Assembly: GCA_038883775.1 (NCBI GenBank)
Contig: JAVZLM010000011.1
Span: 1-25,049 of the forward strand
Direction: 5' to 3'
Length of the DNA: 25,049 nt
DNA from: Candidatus Bathyarchaeia archaeon
GTDB taxonomy: Archaea > Thermoproteota > Bathyarchaeia > Bathyarchaeales > Bathycorpusculaceae
The notes under the pieces were generated by a model. That model was not told the origin of the DNA, ran no database searches, and was given only the letters and a program-made list of their open reading frames with translations. The number at the start of each line of letters is the position of its first letter. The stretch's first letter is position 1. This document shows positions 16,706 through 25,049 of this stretch, in pieces. The position numbers and the translations under genes are program-made.

Positions 16706-17992
16706 CTATTTCATCTTATGCAAGTTTTGTGCCGCTATAAACGTTAAGCCCCTTTCTGTTAGTGCACGGGCAGTTCTGTTTACGGCTTCATGCTTGTCTA
16801 AATAGTTGTTCAAAAGTTTTGGCATAAGCCCTTTGGCTATTATATCTTTTTTCGGGATGAAATAATCAAGCAAGTCTGAGGGCTGGGCTCTGGTCTTCTC
16901 AATTTCGGGTATACCACCTTCATGTTTTGCGCTAATGTTTTTCACATGATCCGCAATTTCTAAAAGCTCGTTAAGACGGTCGTAAGGTTGCCTAACAATG
17001 CTTTTGTAGGCTTCTGTAATGTGGTGCTCAATGCGCACAATATCCTCAAAGTTGAAAGCCTTTCTGATATATGCGGAAAGCTCTATGGTTTCATTATTCA
17101 CGGAATTTGAAAGGTTAAAGCCTATAAGCGGTGTTCTGCCATCCTCTCTGCTGAAAAGTTTTGCTGTCATAAGAGTCCAAAGGATGGAGTAGGGGTTATC
17201 GTTTCCAAGAAAAACTGAAATTTTGAATTCAATGTCTATTCCAAGCTTGAAAAGCCAATACCCCAAAAGTACAGTTCCAGAATTCACGTTTAAAACTTGT
17301 TTAACGCCGTATTCAGTATAATAATGAAGGTACTCCTCCACCCACTTTAAGGCATAATGATTGGGCACTCCAACCCCACCAAAATAGCCGGTTATCGTCT
17401 CTGGACCGCCCAAGTGAACGTTTATTGGTACGCCATCTGGTCCAATCATTGTTCCTTTTGTGTCTAGGGTTTGCACATAAGAGGCGCCTATAACTTGCAT
17501 GGCTGCCGCAAAAGCCAAAATGTCATCATCCTCCACCTGCTCCTTCATGTTGCGGACCCGAATGTAACGGGCTGGCATCAACTCTTGCCTCTCGATGGCT
17601 CTTTTCGCCTCTTCAATAAGCCAAGGGAAAAAGTTGAAGGCGCTAATCTCCAATGTGACGGCGAAGCTTTCATCAAACTTCATGGAATCAGCCTTCTTTC
17701 CCAAAACTTTTCTGCGATAGGCTGGTATGCTAATGAAGGTTTCAGCGTCCCGCTGTTTAATCAGCCACTCAATGTCCTTCAAAAATGGAGACTTTTTCTT
17801 TTCAAGCCTTTTCATCAAGTTTTCCAGTTTGCGAGCTTCCATAGCCTTGCGGTTAATCTCTTCGACACCGCCATATTTATCGACAATTTCCAATAGCCTA
17901 TTCACTAAGGGATTATCTTTTTTCAAGAGAAAATCATTAATTTCCTTCAGATTTTCTTCTTTAATTTTCAGCTTTTCTCTAAGATTATTCAA
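16706..17992 (-). CDS. Uncharacterised soluble protein, probable alpha/beta (TIM-barrel-like) enzyme
   Basis: 428-aa ORF, TTG start with GGAGG SD, regular alternating strand/helix pattern. No family recognised with certainty. Confidence 0.8.
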   Translation of the reverse strand: MNNLREKLKIKEENLKEINDFLLKKDNPLVNRLLEIVDKYGGVEEINRKAMEARKLENLMKRLEKKKSPFLKDIEWLIKQRDAETFISIPAYRRKVLGKKADSMKFDESFAVTLEISAFNFFPWLIEEAKRAIERQELMPARYIRVRNMKEQVEDDDILAFAAAMQVIGASYVQTLDTKGTMIGPDGVPINVHLGGPETITGYFGGVGVPNHYALKWVEEYLHYYTEYGVKQVLNVNSGTVLLGYWLFKLGIDIEFKISVFLGNDNPYSILWTLMTAKLFSREDGRTPLIGFNLSNSVNNETIELSAYIRKAFNFEDIVRIEHHITEAYKSIVRQPYDRLNELLEIADHVKNISAKHEGGIPEIEKTRAQPSDLLDYFIPKKDIIAKGLMPKLLNNYLDKHEAVNRTARALTERGLTFIAAQNLHKMK

Positions 17993-18046
17993 AAGTGTGT
18001 CCTCCAGACGGTGAGCTTATTTTATTTTTGGTTGATTTAAAAGTTT

Positions 18047-18505
18047 TCAGCGTTTTTCCTTCAATTTTTCAAGATAGTAGATGTTATCAAAATTTTCTTT
18101 CAGCTTTTCCTCTTGCTCCTTCAGCCACTGTTCATAGCCAATCCTTTTTATCCTTTCATAATTTTCATTAATCCTGTAGGTTCCTTTTTGGTAGCCAATT
18201 TTCTCGCATTTAAGGAAGTTTTCGCAGAAGTAACAGTTTTTTAAGCCTTTTTCTTTGCAGCAACTTCTCACTTCGCAGTTTGGCATTCCGCCTTCTGATA
18301 GGCATCCAGCACAACTCGAGTTGGCAAACCAGTTTAATCCCTTCATGAAGTTTTCAAATCCAAAATCCTTAGTTACGTAGCTTATCCAATCACCATATCG
18401 GTAGGCATTAACAAACCGTTTCAGCTCCTTCGCCATGTTTGGAATGCGCTTTTGCATGCCACAGTGGCTACAGCAAACGCCGCAATAGCTTATTTGTACA
18501 ACCAT
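18047..18505 (-). CDS. DUF3795-like cysteine-rich (Fe-S or Zn) protein
   Basis: YCGVCCSHC..CAGC..CEVRSCCKEKGLKNCYFCENFLKC. Confidence 0.85.
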   Translation of the reverse strand: MVVQISYCGVCCSHCGMQKRIPNMAKELKRFVNAYRYGDWISYVTKDFGFENFMKGLNWFANSSCAGCLSEGGMPNCEVRSCCKEKGLKNCYFCENFLKCEKIGYQKGTYRINENYERIKRIGYEQWLKEQEEKLKENFDNIYYLEKLKEKR

Positions 18506-18517
18506 AACTACACGCTC

Positions 18518-19432
18518 TTATGTAGTCGCTCTTTTCAACCTCTTTATATATAAATATGCGGCTAACCCAGCCTTCACACCATCACCTATGCAAGAAGTCA
18601 AATTGAATCCACCGCCACAAGTGCAATCGCCAGCAGCAAAAACTTCTTCAACACTGGTTTGTTGTCGACTGTCAACTACTATGCCGCCTTGCCTATGGGT
18701 TTCTACTCCTATCTTCTCCACATTGAGGGCTGAAGGCTCTCTTCCTAAACTAATGAAAATTCCATCAGCTGGTAAACTCGTTTTTTCACCAGTTTTCATG
18801 TCACACATTATTACATTGTTAAAGAATTCTCCACGCTCAATTGCCTCAACCTTATGTCCTTCTATTATCTGCACGCCTTTTCTTTTCAGCTCTTCAACAA
18901 GAGAATTTTCTGCTTTTAGCTTTTCAGAATTCGTAACTAAAGTTACATTACGAGCTATTTGCGTTAAGGCAAGGGCTTCTTGAACTGCTTCATCCTCTGA
19001 ACCCGCAATCACTACTCGCCCATCCTTAAAATGCTGCCCATCACAAATAGCGCAGTATGAAACGCCTCGTCCAAGCCAACTCTCGCCTGGAACATTCAAA
19101 AATTTGCATCTTGGACCTGTGGCTATAATTAATGCTTCGCAAGAATATTCTTTTTCAAAAGTTTTCACAATTTTCTTCTCTCTTATTTCTAAATCCGTTA
19201 CCTTTTCTCCAACATGGATTTCAACGCCATGATTTCTAGTTTCCTCAACCATCCTTTGAATAAGCTCCGCCCCAGATAATGTCCAAAGAAAACTACGCCC
19301 CGGATAGCTCCAAAGCTGAGGAGGCTTCTCAGCTTCTAAAATGAGAGTTCTGAGCCCCCAAGCACCAGTGAATAATGCTGCTGAAACGCCGGCAAAACCA
19401 GCCCCAACAACAACCACCTCATATTCTTCCAA
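18518..19432 (-). CDS. Thioredoxin reductase-like FAD-dependent disulfide oxidoreductase
   Basis: VVGAGFAG, IIATG, GRGVSYCAICDG (CxxC), VFAAGD. NADPH-binding motifs are degenerate. Confidence 0.88.
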   Translation of the reverse strand: MEEYEVVVVGAGFAGVSAALFTGAWGLRTLILEAEKPPQLWSYPGRSFLWTLSGAELIQRMVEETRNHGVEIHVGEKVTDLEIREKKIVKTFEKEYSCEALIIATGPRCKFLNVPGESWLGRGVSYCAICDGQHFKDGRVVIAGSEDEAVQEALALTQIARNVTLVTNSEKLKAENSLVEELKRKGVQIIEGHKVEAIERGEFFNNVIMCDMKTGEKTSLPADGIFISLGREPSALNVEKIGVETHRQGGIVVDSRQQTSVEEVFAAGDCTCGGGFNLTSCIGDGVKAGLAAYLYIKRLKRATT

Positions 19433-19519
19433 AATTTAAACATCTCCATTTCAAAATTCTATTTCAAAGCTTAAATGATATAAAATCTACGCTTAACTAA
19501 AAGATAGGAGACGCAAACA

Positions 19520-20998
19520 ATGTTCAAACCCGAAGGAATACTACCTGCATTAGTTACTCCTTTCACTGATGATGGAAAAACTGTTGACGAGGAAAGGCTT
19601 CGTGCTTTGGTTAGGCGTTGCGTTGAGTTGGGGGTTCATGGAGTTGTTCCATGTGGAACAACGGGCGAATTTGTCAATTTGACAACTGAAGAAAAAAGGC
19701 GTGTCATAGAAACTGTTATTGACGAAGTTACTGGAAAAGTTTCAGTTATCGCTGGAACGGGCACAAGTGGGACAGATCAAGCCTTGGAAATGACGAAATA
19801 TGCGAAGGATGTTGGTTGCGACGCTGCTTTGATCGTTACACCTTTCTATTTAAAACCAACAGATCGTGGCATATACGAGCATTATGACACAATTGCAAGC
19901 AAGGTAGACTTGCCAATAATACTGTACAATATTCCACAATGCACGGGTGTAGAGTTGACATGGCAAATGGTTGAAGACTTAGCCCAAATTCCAAACATTG
20001 TGGGCTTAAAGGACAGCAGTGGACAACTACGCTATATTTTGGCTGTTCTGGAAAAAGTGAGAGACAAAATTAACGTTTTATGCGGACACGACGAAGTTGT
20101 TGTAGCCGCATTAGCTGCTGGATGCTCCGGTGCTATTCTTGCAAGTGCCAATGTCATACCAGACATTTGGGTTCAAATTTATAATCACGTGAAAAATGGC
20201 GAACTGCAAAAAGCCCGAGAGCTCCAATATAAGGTGCAGAAAATAGCTAGAATAATAGCTGGAAGCGGACCCGTAGGCACAAAGGAAGCATTAAACATGA
20301 TGAAAATAAAAGTTGGACCAGTCAGAAAGCCATTGAGCGTGGGCGGAGAATTAACTTACGAAGCAAGGGAAGAACTGCGCCTAGACTTGGAAAAAATTGG
20401 CAAAATAACACCAAAATCCATAACCTTCGAAATTGCAGAAAAACCCATAGAAGAAAGATTCATGGCAATAAACATAACACCAGAAATCATAAGGGATTTT
20501 AAATTGCGTGTGGGCGAAGCCCTAGCTGGATATGGCGCGGAAGTTGCCCATATAGACCTCATCATAGGCAGAAATGATGGTCCTGTAGGCGAGGCTTTTG
20601 CAAAGGCTAAGGCTGCGCCAACGCCTGGACATGAGCCTTTGTTGGCGATTTTGGAGCCAAACTTGACAGTTAAACCCGTAACCCTAATAGTGCCAACAGT
20701 TACGATTACGAGTATGCGTCAAGCCAGCATGGTTTACGGACCAGCCCAAACAGCCGTAGCCAAAGCAGTCGTGGATAGCGTTGCAGACGGCACAATCCCA
20801 AAAGAAGCTGTTGAAGACCTAATTATTATTGCAAACGTTTTCGTTCACCCAACAGCCGTGGATAGACAAAGGGTTTACATAAACAATTATAAGGCTATGC
20901 GCCATGCCATCCGCAAAGCCATAGAGGGAAGACCCAGCATAGAAGAGTTGATAGAAAATAAAGACCGTGCGAAACATCCCTTCAAATATACGCCGTAG
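19520..20998 (+). CDS. dapA-fae: Fusion of a DapA/NAL-family class I aldolase (N-terminal ~295 aa) and formaldehyde-activating enzyme (C-terminal ~165 aa)
   Basis: GTTGE, TPFY, LYNIP, Schiff-base GLKDSSG. From about base 20500: VGEAL.G.GAEVAHIDLIIG..DGPVG.AF, KP.TLIVP.VTI, GPAQ.AVAKAV.DSV, VFVHP, NY.A, HPF. SD AGGAG. Confidence 0.92.
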   Translation: MFKPEGILPALVTPFTDDGKTVDEERLRALVRRCVELGVHGVVPCGTTGEFVNLTTEEKRRVIETVIDEVTGKVSVIAGTGTSGTDQALEMTKYAKDVGCDAALIVTPFYLKPTDRGIYEHYDTIASKVDLPIILYNIPQCTGVELTWQMVEDLAQIPNIVGLKDSSGQLRYILAVLEKVRDKINVLCGHDEVVVAALAAGCSGAILASANVIPDIWVQIYNHVKNGELQKARELQYKVQKIARIIAGSGPVGTKEALNMMKIKVGPVRKPLSVGGELTYEAREELRLDLEKIGKITPKSITFEIAEKPIEERFMAINITPEIIRDFKLRVGEALAGYGAEVAHIDLIIGRNDGPVGEAFAKAKAAPTPGHEPLLAILEPNLTVKPVTLIVPTVTITSMRQASMVYGPAQTAVAKAVVDSVADGTIPKEAVEDLIIIANVFVHPTAVDRQRVYINNYKAMRHAIRKAIEGRPSIEELIENKDRAKHPFKYTP

Positions 20999-21007
20999 TG
21001 ACCGTAA

Positions 21008-21784
21008 TTGTCAAACCAGAAAATAATGGAAGGCGACTACATCCTCCTATACCTAAACCAAAGAAAAACATATCTGGTTAAAGCGGAAGCTGGAAAGAGC
21101 TTCCACACCCACAAGGGTTTCATAAAATTTGACGATTTAATTGGAAAAGAATATGGCTCAACTGTTTTGAGCAATTTAGGCTATGAATTTAAAGCCTTAA
21201 AACCCCTTTTACGCGACTTTATAATGAAATCTGTTCGGAAAACTCAGATAACATATCCGAAAGACATAGCTCTAATAATAATGTTCAGCGGAATAGGTCC
21301 AGGAAGCCTTGTTGTTGAGGCTGGAACTGGCACTGGTGCACTAACAACAGCCCTAGCCCACCATGTTAAACCGAATGGCAAGGTTTATAGTTATGAAATA
21401 AAAGAAGAATTTCAGAAAGTGGCTGAGAAAAATCTGAAACGTGCGGGATTAATGGATTTTGTAGAATTAAAAAGCAAGGATATAACTTTGGGAATTGACG
21501 AAAGCAATGTAGACGCGGTTATATTGGATTTGGCAACCCCATGGCTTGTGATTCCCCATGCTTATAACGCCCTAAAACCATGTGGAACAATCGTTTCCTT
21601 CAGTCCAACGATAGACCAGGTGGTCAAAACTGTTGAAGCTCTAAAAGAAAATGGTTTCGTAGATGTGGAAACTATTGAATGTTTGATGCGCGAAATGCAA
21701 GTTGAGCGTGGAAAGACGCGACCGCAAACGTTGATGACTGGGCATACAGGTTATATAACATTCGCCAGAAAAGCGTTGAAATAG
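21008..21784 (+). CDS. trmI: tRNA (adenine-57/58-N1)-methyltransferase
   Basis: FHTHKG, RKTQITYPKD, VEAGTGTGALT, VILDLATPW, FSPTIDQV, RP..MTGHTGY. Confidence 0.95.
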   Translation: MSNQKIMEGDYILLYLNQRKTYLVKAEAGKSFHTHKGFIKFDDLIGKEYGSTVLSNLGYEFKALKPLLRDFIMKSVRKTQITYPKDIALIIMFSGIGPGSLVVEAGTGTGALTTALAHHVKPNGKVYSYEIKEEFQKVAEKNLKRAGLMDFVELKSKDITLGIDESNVDAVILDLATPWLVIPHAYNALKPCGTIVSFSPTIDQVVKTVEALKENGFVDVETIECLMREMQVERGKTRPQTLMTGHTGYITFARKALK

Positions 21785-21836
21785 TGAAAAGGCATTTATG
21801 CATTCGCCTTATAATCTGAATTTTCAAGGTGGTGAA

Positions 21837-23033
21837 ATGGCAAAATTTTCCATAAGCGAAGCAGAATATAAACGCCGAATAACGCATGTGAGAAAGGTTT
21901 TGGCTAGGCGAAAACTGGATGCCTTGTATTTAACAAACCCAACAAGCATATTTTACCTAACTGGCTATTCATTTTTGGCGACAGAACGCCCGGCAGCCCT
22001 CATCATACCAGTAGATGGCAAAATCACCTTTATGGGACCACTGCTCGAAAGAGATCACATCCCATTAAAAACGCGGATTATCGAGGAAGTGAAGACTTAT
22101 TTGGATTATCCTGGCGAAAAACATCCCATGGACTATTTTGCGGATTTCCTAAAAGAAATGGGTTTGGCGAAGAAGCGCATAGGAATAGACAACAAGGCTG
22201 GAGCAGCCGCAATATGGGGTTATAAGGGTCCACCAATAATGAAGAAGCTTCGTGAAGCCAAGTTTGTGGATATGAAAGATTTGGTTCCCTCTATGCGTCT
22301 CATAAAATCTGAGGAGGAAATCGCCTTAATCCGCGAAAGCGCAAAATGGGCAAACCTAGCCCACAGTTTACTCCAAGAATATACTAGCGAAGGTTTGTGG
22401 GATGTTGAAATTGCGCTGGCTGCTTCCCATGAAGCGTCGGCAATAATGAAGAAGGCCCTTGGACCAGAATATGAGCCACTGCGCGAAAGTATTCCAGTAG
22501 GCGTCGGTTTCAGGGGACAAGTTGGCGAAATGAGCGCCATACCCCATTCCATCGCCACAAAACGCATGATTAGGAAAGGCGATGTCGTTGTAACAGGGGC
22601 TGGCGCAGACATAGGCGGTTACAGTTGCGAATTGGAACGAACAATGATTGTTGGAAAGCCTACATCGAAACAAAAACGCTACTTTAACGTGATGGTTAAG
22701 GCTCAAGAGGCTGCCTTCAAAACCTTTAAGGCTGGAGTTAAGTGCAGCGAAATTGATAAGGCAACAATAAGAGTCTTCAAAAAAGCTGGCTTGTCACATT
22801 TGGTGCTGCATCACAGCGGACATGGATTGGGTTTGGAGGGACATGAGCCCCCATGGTTAGACATAGGCAATGAGGAGCCTTTAAAGGCTGGCATGGTTGT
22901 AAGCTGCGAACCAGGCATATACGAAACTGGATTTGCAGGCTTCCGCCACTCGGATACTGTTTTGATAACGGAAGATGGCGCAGAAATAATCACCTATTAC
23001 CCGAGAGATTTGGAAGCATTAACCATCAGCTAA
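21837..23033 (+). CDS. pepQ: M24B Xaa-Pro aminopeptidase/prolidase
   Basis: RLIKSEEEI, GYSCELERT, HHSGHGLGLEGHEPP, SCEPGIY, FRHSDTV. ATG 21837 follows SD GGTGGTGA. Confidence 0.88.
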   Translation: MAKFSISEAEYKRRITHVRKVLARRKLDALYLTNPTSIFYLTGYSFLATERPAALIIPVDGKITFMGPLLERDHIPLKTRIIEEVKTYLDYPGEKHPMDYFADFLKEMGLAKKRIGIDNKAGAAAIWGYKGPPIMKKLREAKFVDMKDLVPSMRLIKSEEEIALIRESAKWANLAHSLLQEYTSEGLWDVEIALAASHEASAIMKKALGPEYEPLRESIPVGVGFRGQVGEMSAIPHSIATKRMIRKGDVVVTGAGADIGGYSCELERTMIVGKPTSKQKRYFNVMVKAQEAAFKTFKAGVKCSEIDKATIRVFKKAGLSHLVLHHSGHGLGLEGHEPPWLDIGNEEPLKAGMVVSCEPGIYETGFAGFRHSDTVLITEDGAEIITYYPRDLEALTIS

Positions 23034-23543
23034 TCTTTTCTCTTTAACAAGTCCAAACGATACAAAAAACATGATAGACGAAATTATGGAAAGCCAAAAA
23101 CCAACAAAAAATTGAGAAGTGCAAACATAATAAGTTAATTGTAAGGAGTGCTGGTAAACGCATAATATTGGCGACAAAATGGATAAGAGCGCTGTGGCTG
23201 CTACACCCACTTTTTTGTCTCCGCCTTTTCGAAGTAGAGCAATAAAAGCCATACTTAATGTTAAAACTTGAAATATGAAAACTCCAAGCCACCCTTGATA
23301 ATAGGGTTCTTGCCTATTAAACCAGTAATCCCAAAATGGCAAAACTTTGTTTTCATTTCGCGTAGTGCGGATAACCGCCATAAAAGACCAAAACCAACCT
23401 TCCCTTGGAACGGAGGGTGGAGGATAAATTTCTGGACGGTGTTCAATGATAAGGAAACTGTACTGCTGCCAAATCCACGGAGTGAAAAATGATATTAGGT
23501 AGATTATGGTGGCGAAAATCATTAACTTTTTCCATTTACCCAT
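23019..23543 (-). CDS. Integral membrane protein (about 4 TM), unknown function
   Basis: Four hydrophobic segments with a PW motif after TM1. ATG 23543 chosen to avoid overlap with the upstream gene; 23603 is the alternative. Confidence 0.75.
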   Translation of the reverse strand: MGKWKKLMIFATIIYLISFFTPWIWQQYSFLIIEHRPEIYPPPSVPREGWFWSFMAVIRTTRNENKVLPFWDYWFNRQEPYYQGWLGVFIFQVLTLSMAFIALLRKGGDKKVGVAATALLSILSPILCVYQHSLQLTYYVCTSQFFVGFWLSIISSIMFFVSFGLVKEKRLADG

Positions 23544-23572
23544 TGAAAAATCCTTCTTCAAGCTTGGAAACG

Positions 23573-24283
23573 TTATTTTGGCTTTTTGAGCATACTTCTC
23601 CATAAAGGGATTATTCCTCTATTCACGAATAGAACTATGCCGAGGGATGCAAAACATAATGGCACACCAATTATTAATCCCTGAGCAATCCACACAAGAC
23701 TTGTAGCTAGGATTGGTAGAATTGGTGCGATAGCCGCTATAACTCCATTTTCTCCACCTTTCAGCTTAACTTCCCTCAAACTAAAATTAATCGTTGAATA
23801 TTTTGCTTCCTCGCCTAATTGTGATGCGTTAACACTTTCCACGCTGATGTTTATATAAGTGACAGTGCCATTTGAGTCGATTAACTCTCTCGCAGTAAAT
23901 GTGAAGGACGTCACATTTTCCGTCGGAACCTTGCTAACCATTGTGCCACTCCAAACTTCATCCCTATACGTCATGTAAAGAGATTTAACATAACCACCCA
24001 CATCCTCCGTCAAAACTTCAAGTGCACTCACAACTTTTTCGAAGGCTCCCCTATCTAATTCGCCCTCAATGGTTTCAGAATATATCTTAGAATATTGTTG
24101 GCTTCCGGTACTTGAAGAAAGCCCATAAGATTCCTTGAGCATTCGAGCCTCCAAAAGATAGCTTCCCATGGGATAATATTCTTCAGCATTTCTCATGTTT
24201 GAGTGTATGGCGAAAATTGTTATGGAGAGGCATAAAACAACCGCCAAAACAATTTCCTTCTTCTTTATCCGCAAGTTTTTCAC
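23573..24283 (-). CDS. DUF4349-like membrane-anchored protein
   Basis: N-terminal TM, GGYVKS..SGTMVSKVP and YSTINFSLRE segments, C-terminal TM helices. Confidence 0.75.
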   Translation of the reverse strand: MKNLRIKKKEIVLAVVLCLSITIFAIHSNMRNAEEYYPMGSYLLEARMLKESYGLSSSTGSQQYSKIYSETIEGELDRGAFEKVVSALEVLTEDVGGYVKSLYMTYRDEVWSGTMVSKVPTENVTSFTFTARELIDSNGTVTYINISVESVNASQLGEEAKYSTINFSLREVKLKGGENGVIAAIAPILPILATSLVWIAQGLIIGVPLCFASLGIVLFVNRGIIPLWRSMLKKPK

Positions 24284-24351
24284 CCAAAATATTTTGGAAA
24301 TTCTTTACTATAATGCTACACATTTGAACGAAGTGTTCTATTAATAGAACA
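24284..24351. promoter_or_regulatory. Two perfect palindromes in a 72-bp intergenic region
   Basis: CCAAAATATTTTGG 24284-24297 and TGTTCTATTAATAGAACA 24334-24351. Confidence 0.55.
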
Positions 24352-24355
24352 AACC

Positions 24356-24619
24356 CTAAAAGCGTCTTTTTAAGAAAGCATAGGCAACAATTGAAATCAC
24401 AAAACTAATTGCCAAACTTGTGCAGAAAGGCGTGATTAGTGATGGCTCCCGAAGCCCCCACTGAGCTTTTAAATATTCAAGACTTTCTTCTCTAATGGCG
24501 AGTGGATTAACGAATAGTGTATCTGGAAAATTAGCCTTATGCCAAAAGTATAAGGGCATAAGCATGACTAAGATTCCGCAAAAAACCGCTGAAACCGTTA
24601 TGAGCAGAGTTCTTTTCAT
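24356..24619 (-). CDS. Small membrane protein (2 TM)
   Basis: SD GGTGA upstream, N- and C-terminal hydrophobic helices, KRRF tail. Confidence 0.75.
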   Translation of the reverse strand: MKRTLLITVSAVFCGILVMLMPLYFWHKANFPDTLFVNPLAIREESLEYLKAQWGLREPSLITPFCTSLAISFVISIVAYAFLKRRF

Positions 24620-24677
24620 TCTTTCTCACCAATCTATTTGGCTTAAACTCTTTTAATTCTACACTTTAGAACAAATG

Positions 24678-25049
24678 TCAAAAAGGCTTTTCCCTCCACA
24701 ACCGCAAGGTTTCAAACCACAAAATGCCTGAGGCGGCAAATCCAAAAATCAAAGCCGCAATATTGTGTATACAAAAACTTTGCCCATAAAATATGACATA
24801 ACTTACAAGCATAGTAGTAAACCAAACCGAATAGAACATATAACGCGGAACTAGAAAACGTCCAAGCCTAGTGAAAAACCGCAGCAGTCCGGTCTTAACC
24901 TCACCCTTAAGAACATATTCTCCAGTCAAAGTTTTCTCCACAAGCCCCAAAGCCTCAAGCTTGTCTAAATGGTAAACTGCCACACTTGGACTCGAAAAAC
25001 CAAGTTTTCGCTGGACTTCACGAACGCCAACTTTAGAACCTTCAGCCTT
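24678..25049 (-). CDS. Winged-helix DNA-binding protein with C-terminal TM helices, 5'-truncated by the window edge
   Basis: The frame is open to 25049: KAEGSKVGVREVQRKLGFSSPSVAVYHLDKLEALGLVEKT (wHTH), followed by two hydrophobic helices. Confidence 0.8.
   Translation of the reverse strand, partial: KAEGSKVGVREVQRKLGFSSPSVAVYHLDKLEALGLVEKTLTGEYVLKGEVKTGLLRFFTRLGRFLVPRYMFYSVWFTTMLVSYVIFYGQSFCIHNIAALIFGFAASGILWFETLRLWREKPF

Noticed and set aside
19520-20998. Calling the fusion Fae-Hps or plain dapA
   Set aside because: The partner domain is N-terminal and DapA-like rather than Hps-like, and DHDPS-specific Arg138 is absent.
4401-23492. Numerous 60-146 aa antisense or alternate-frame ORFs in the track (e.g. 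8478-8918, 15591-15776, 17471-17896, 18588-18983, 22220-22612)
   Set aside because: They overlap well-supported genes and show no recognisable motifs.
1-25049. CRISPR array, rRNA, tRNA, IS transposase or reverse-transcriptase systems
   Set aside because: No spaced repeats, RNA gene signatures, or DDE/RT motifs seen by eye; short ncRNAs cannot be excluded without a covariance-model search.

Overview
Archaeal chromosomal window. A Bathyarchaeia-like source is inferred from TATA-type promoters, GGTGA/GGAG SD motifs, many TTG starts, the Fae domain, TrmI, ACD alpha and the integrase type. Bases 1-2931 look like one end of an integrated mobile element: a secreted beta-rich protein, a Zn-finger, a divergent wHTH/RHH switch, an RHH-Zn-finger protein, and a tyrosine recombinase with an N-terminal IS1-like Zn ribbon. 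Next come a divergent PadR pair, an MtaD-like amidohydrolase, an ABC-2 exporter with one frameshifted permease, ACD alpha, a degenerate-NTase/kinase fusion coupled to a beta-CASP nuclease, and a split type IIG-like restriction-modification locus. The right part holds membrane proteins, a leftward TrxR-like/DUF3795/unknown-enzyme cluster, and a divergent operon led by a DapA-family aldolase fused to formaldehyde-activating enzyme, followed by trmI and an M24 peptidase. It ends with a leftward membrane cluster headed by a membrane-anchored wHTH protein. The most notable item is the DapA-Fae fusion, whose aldolase lacks the DHDPS-specific Arg138. No tRNA, rRNA or CRISPR array was recognised.
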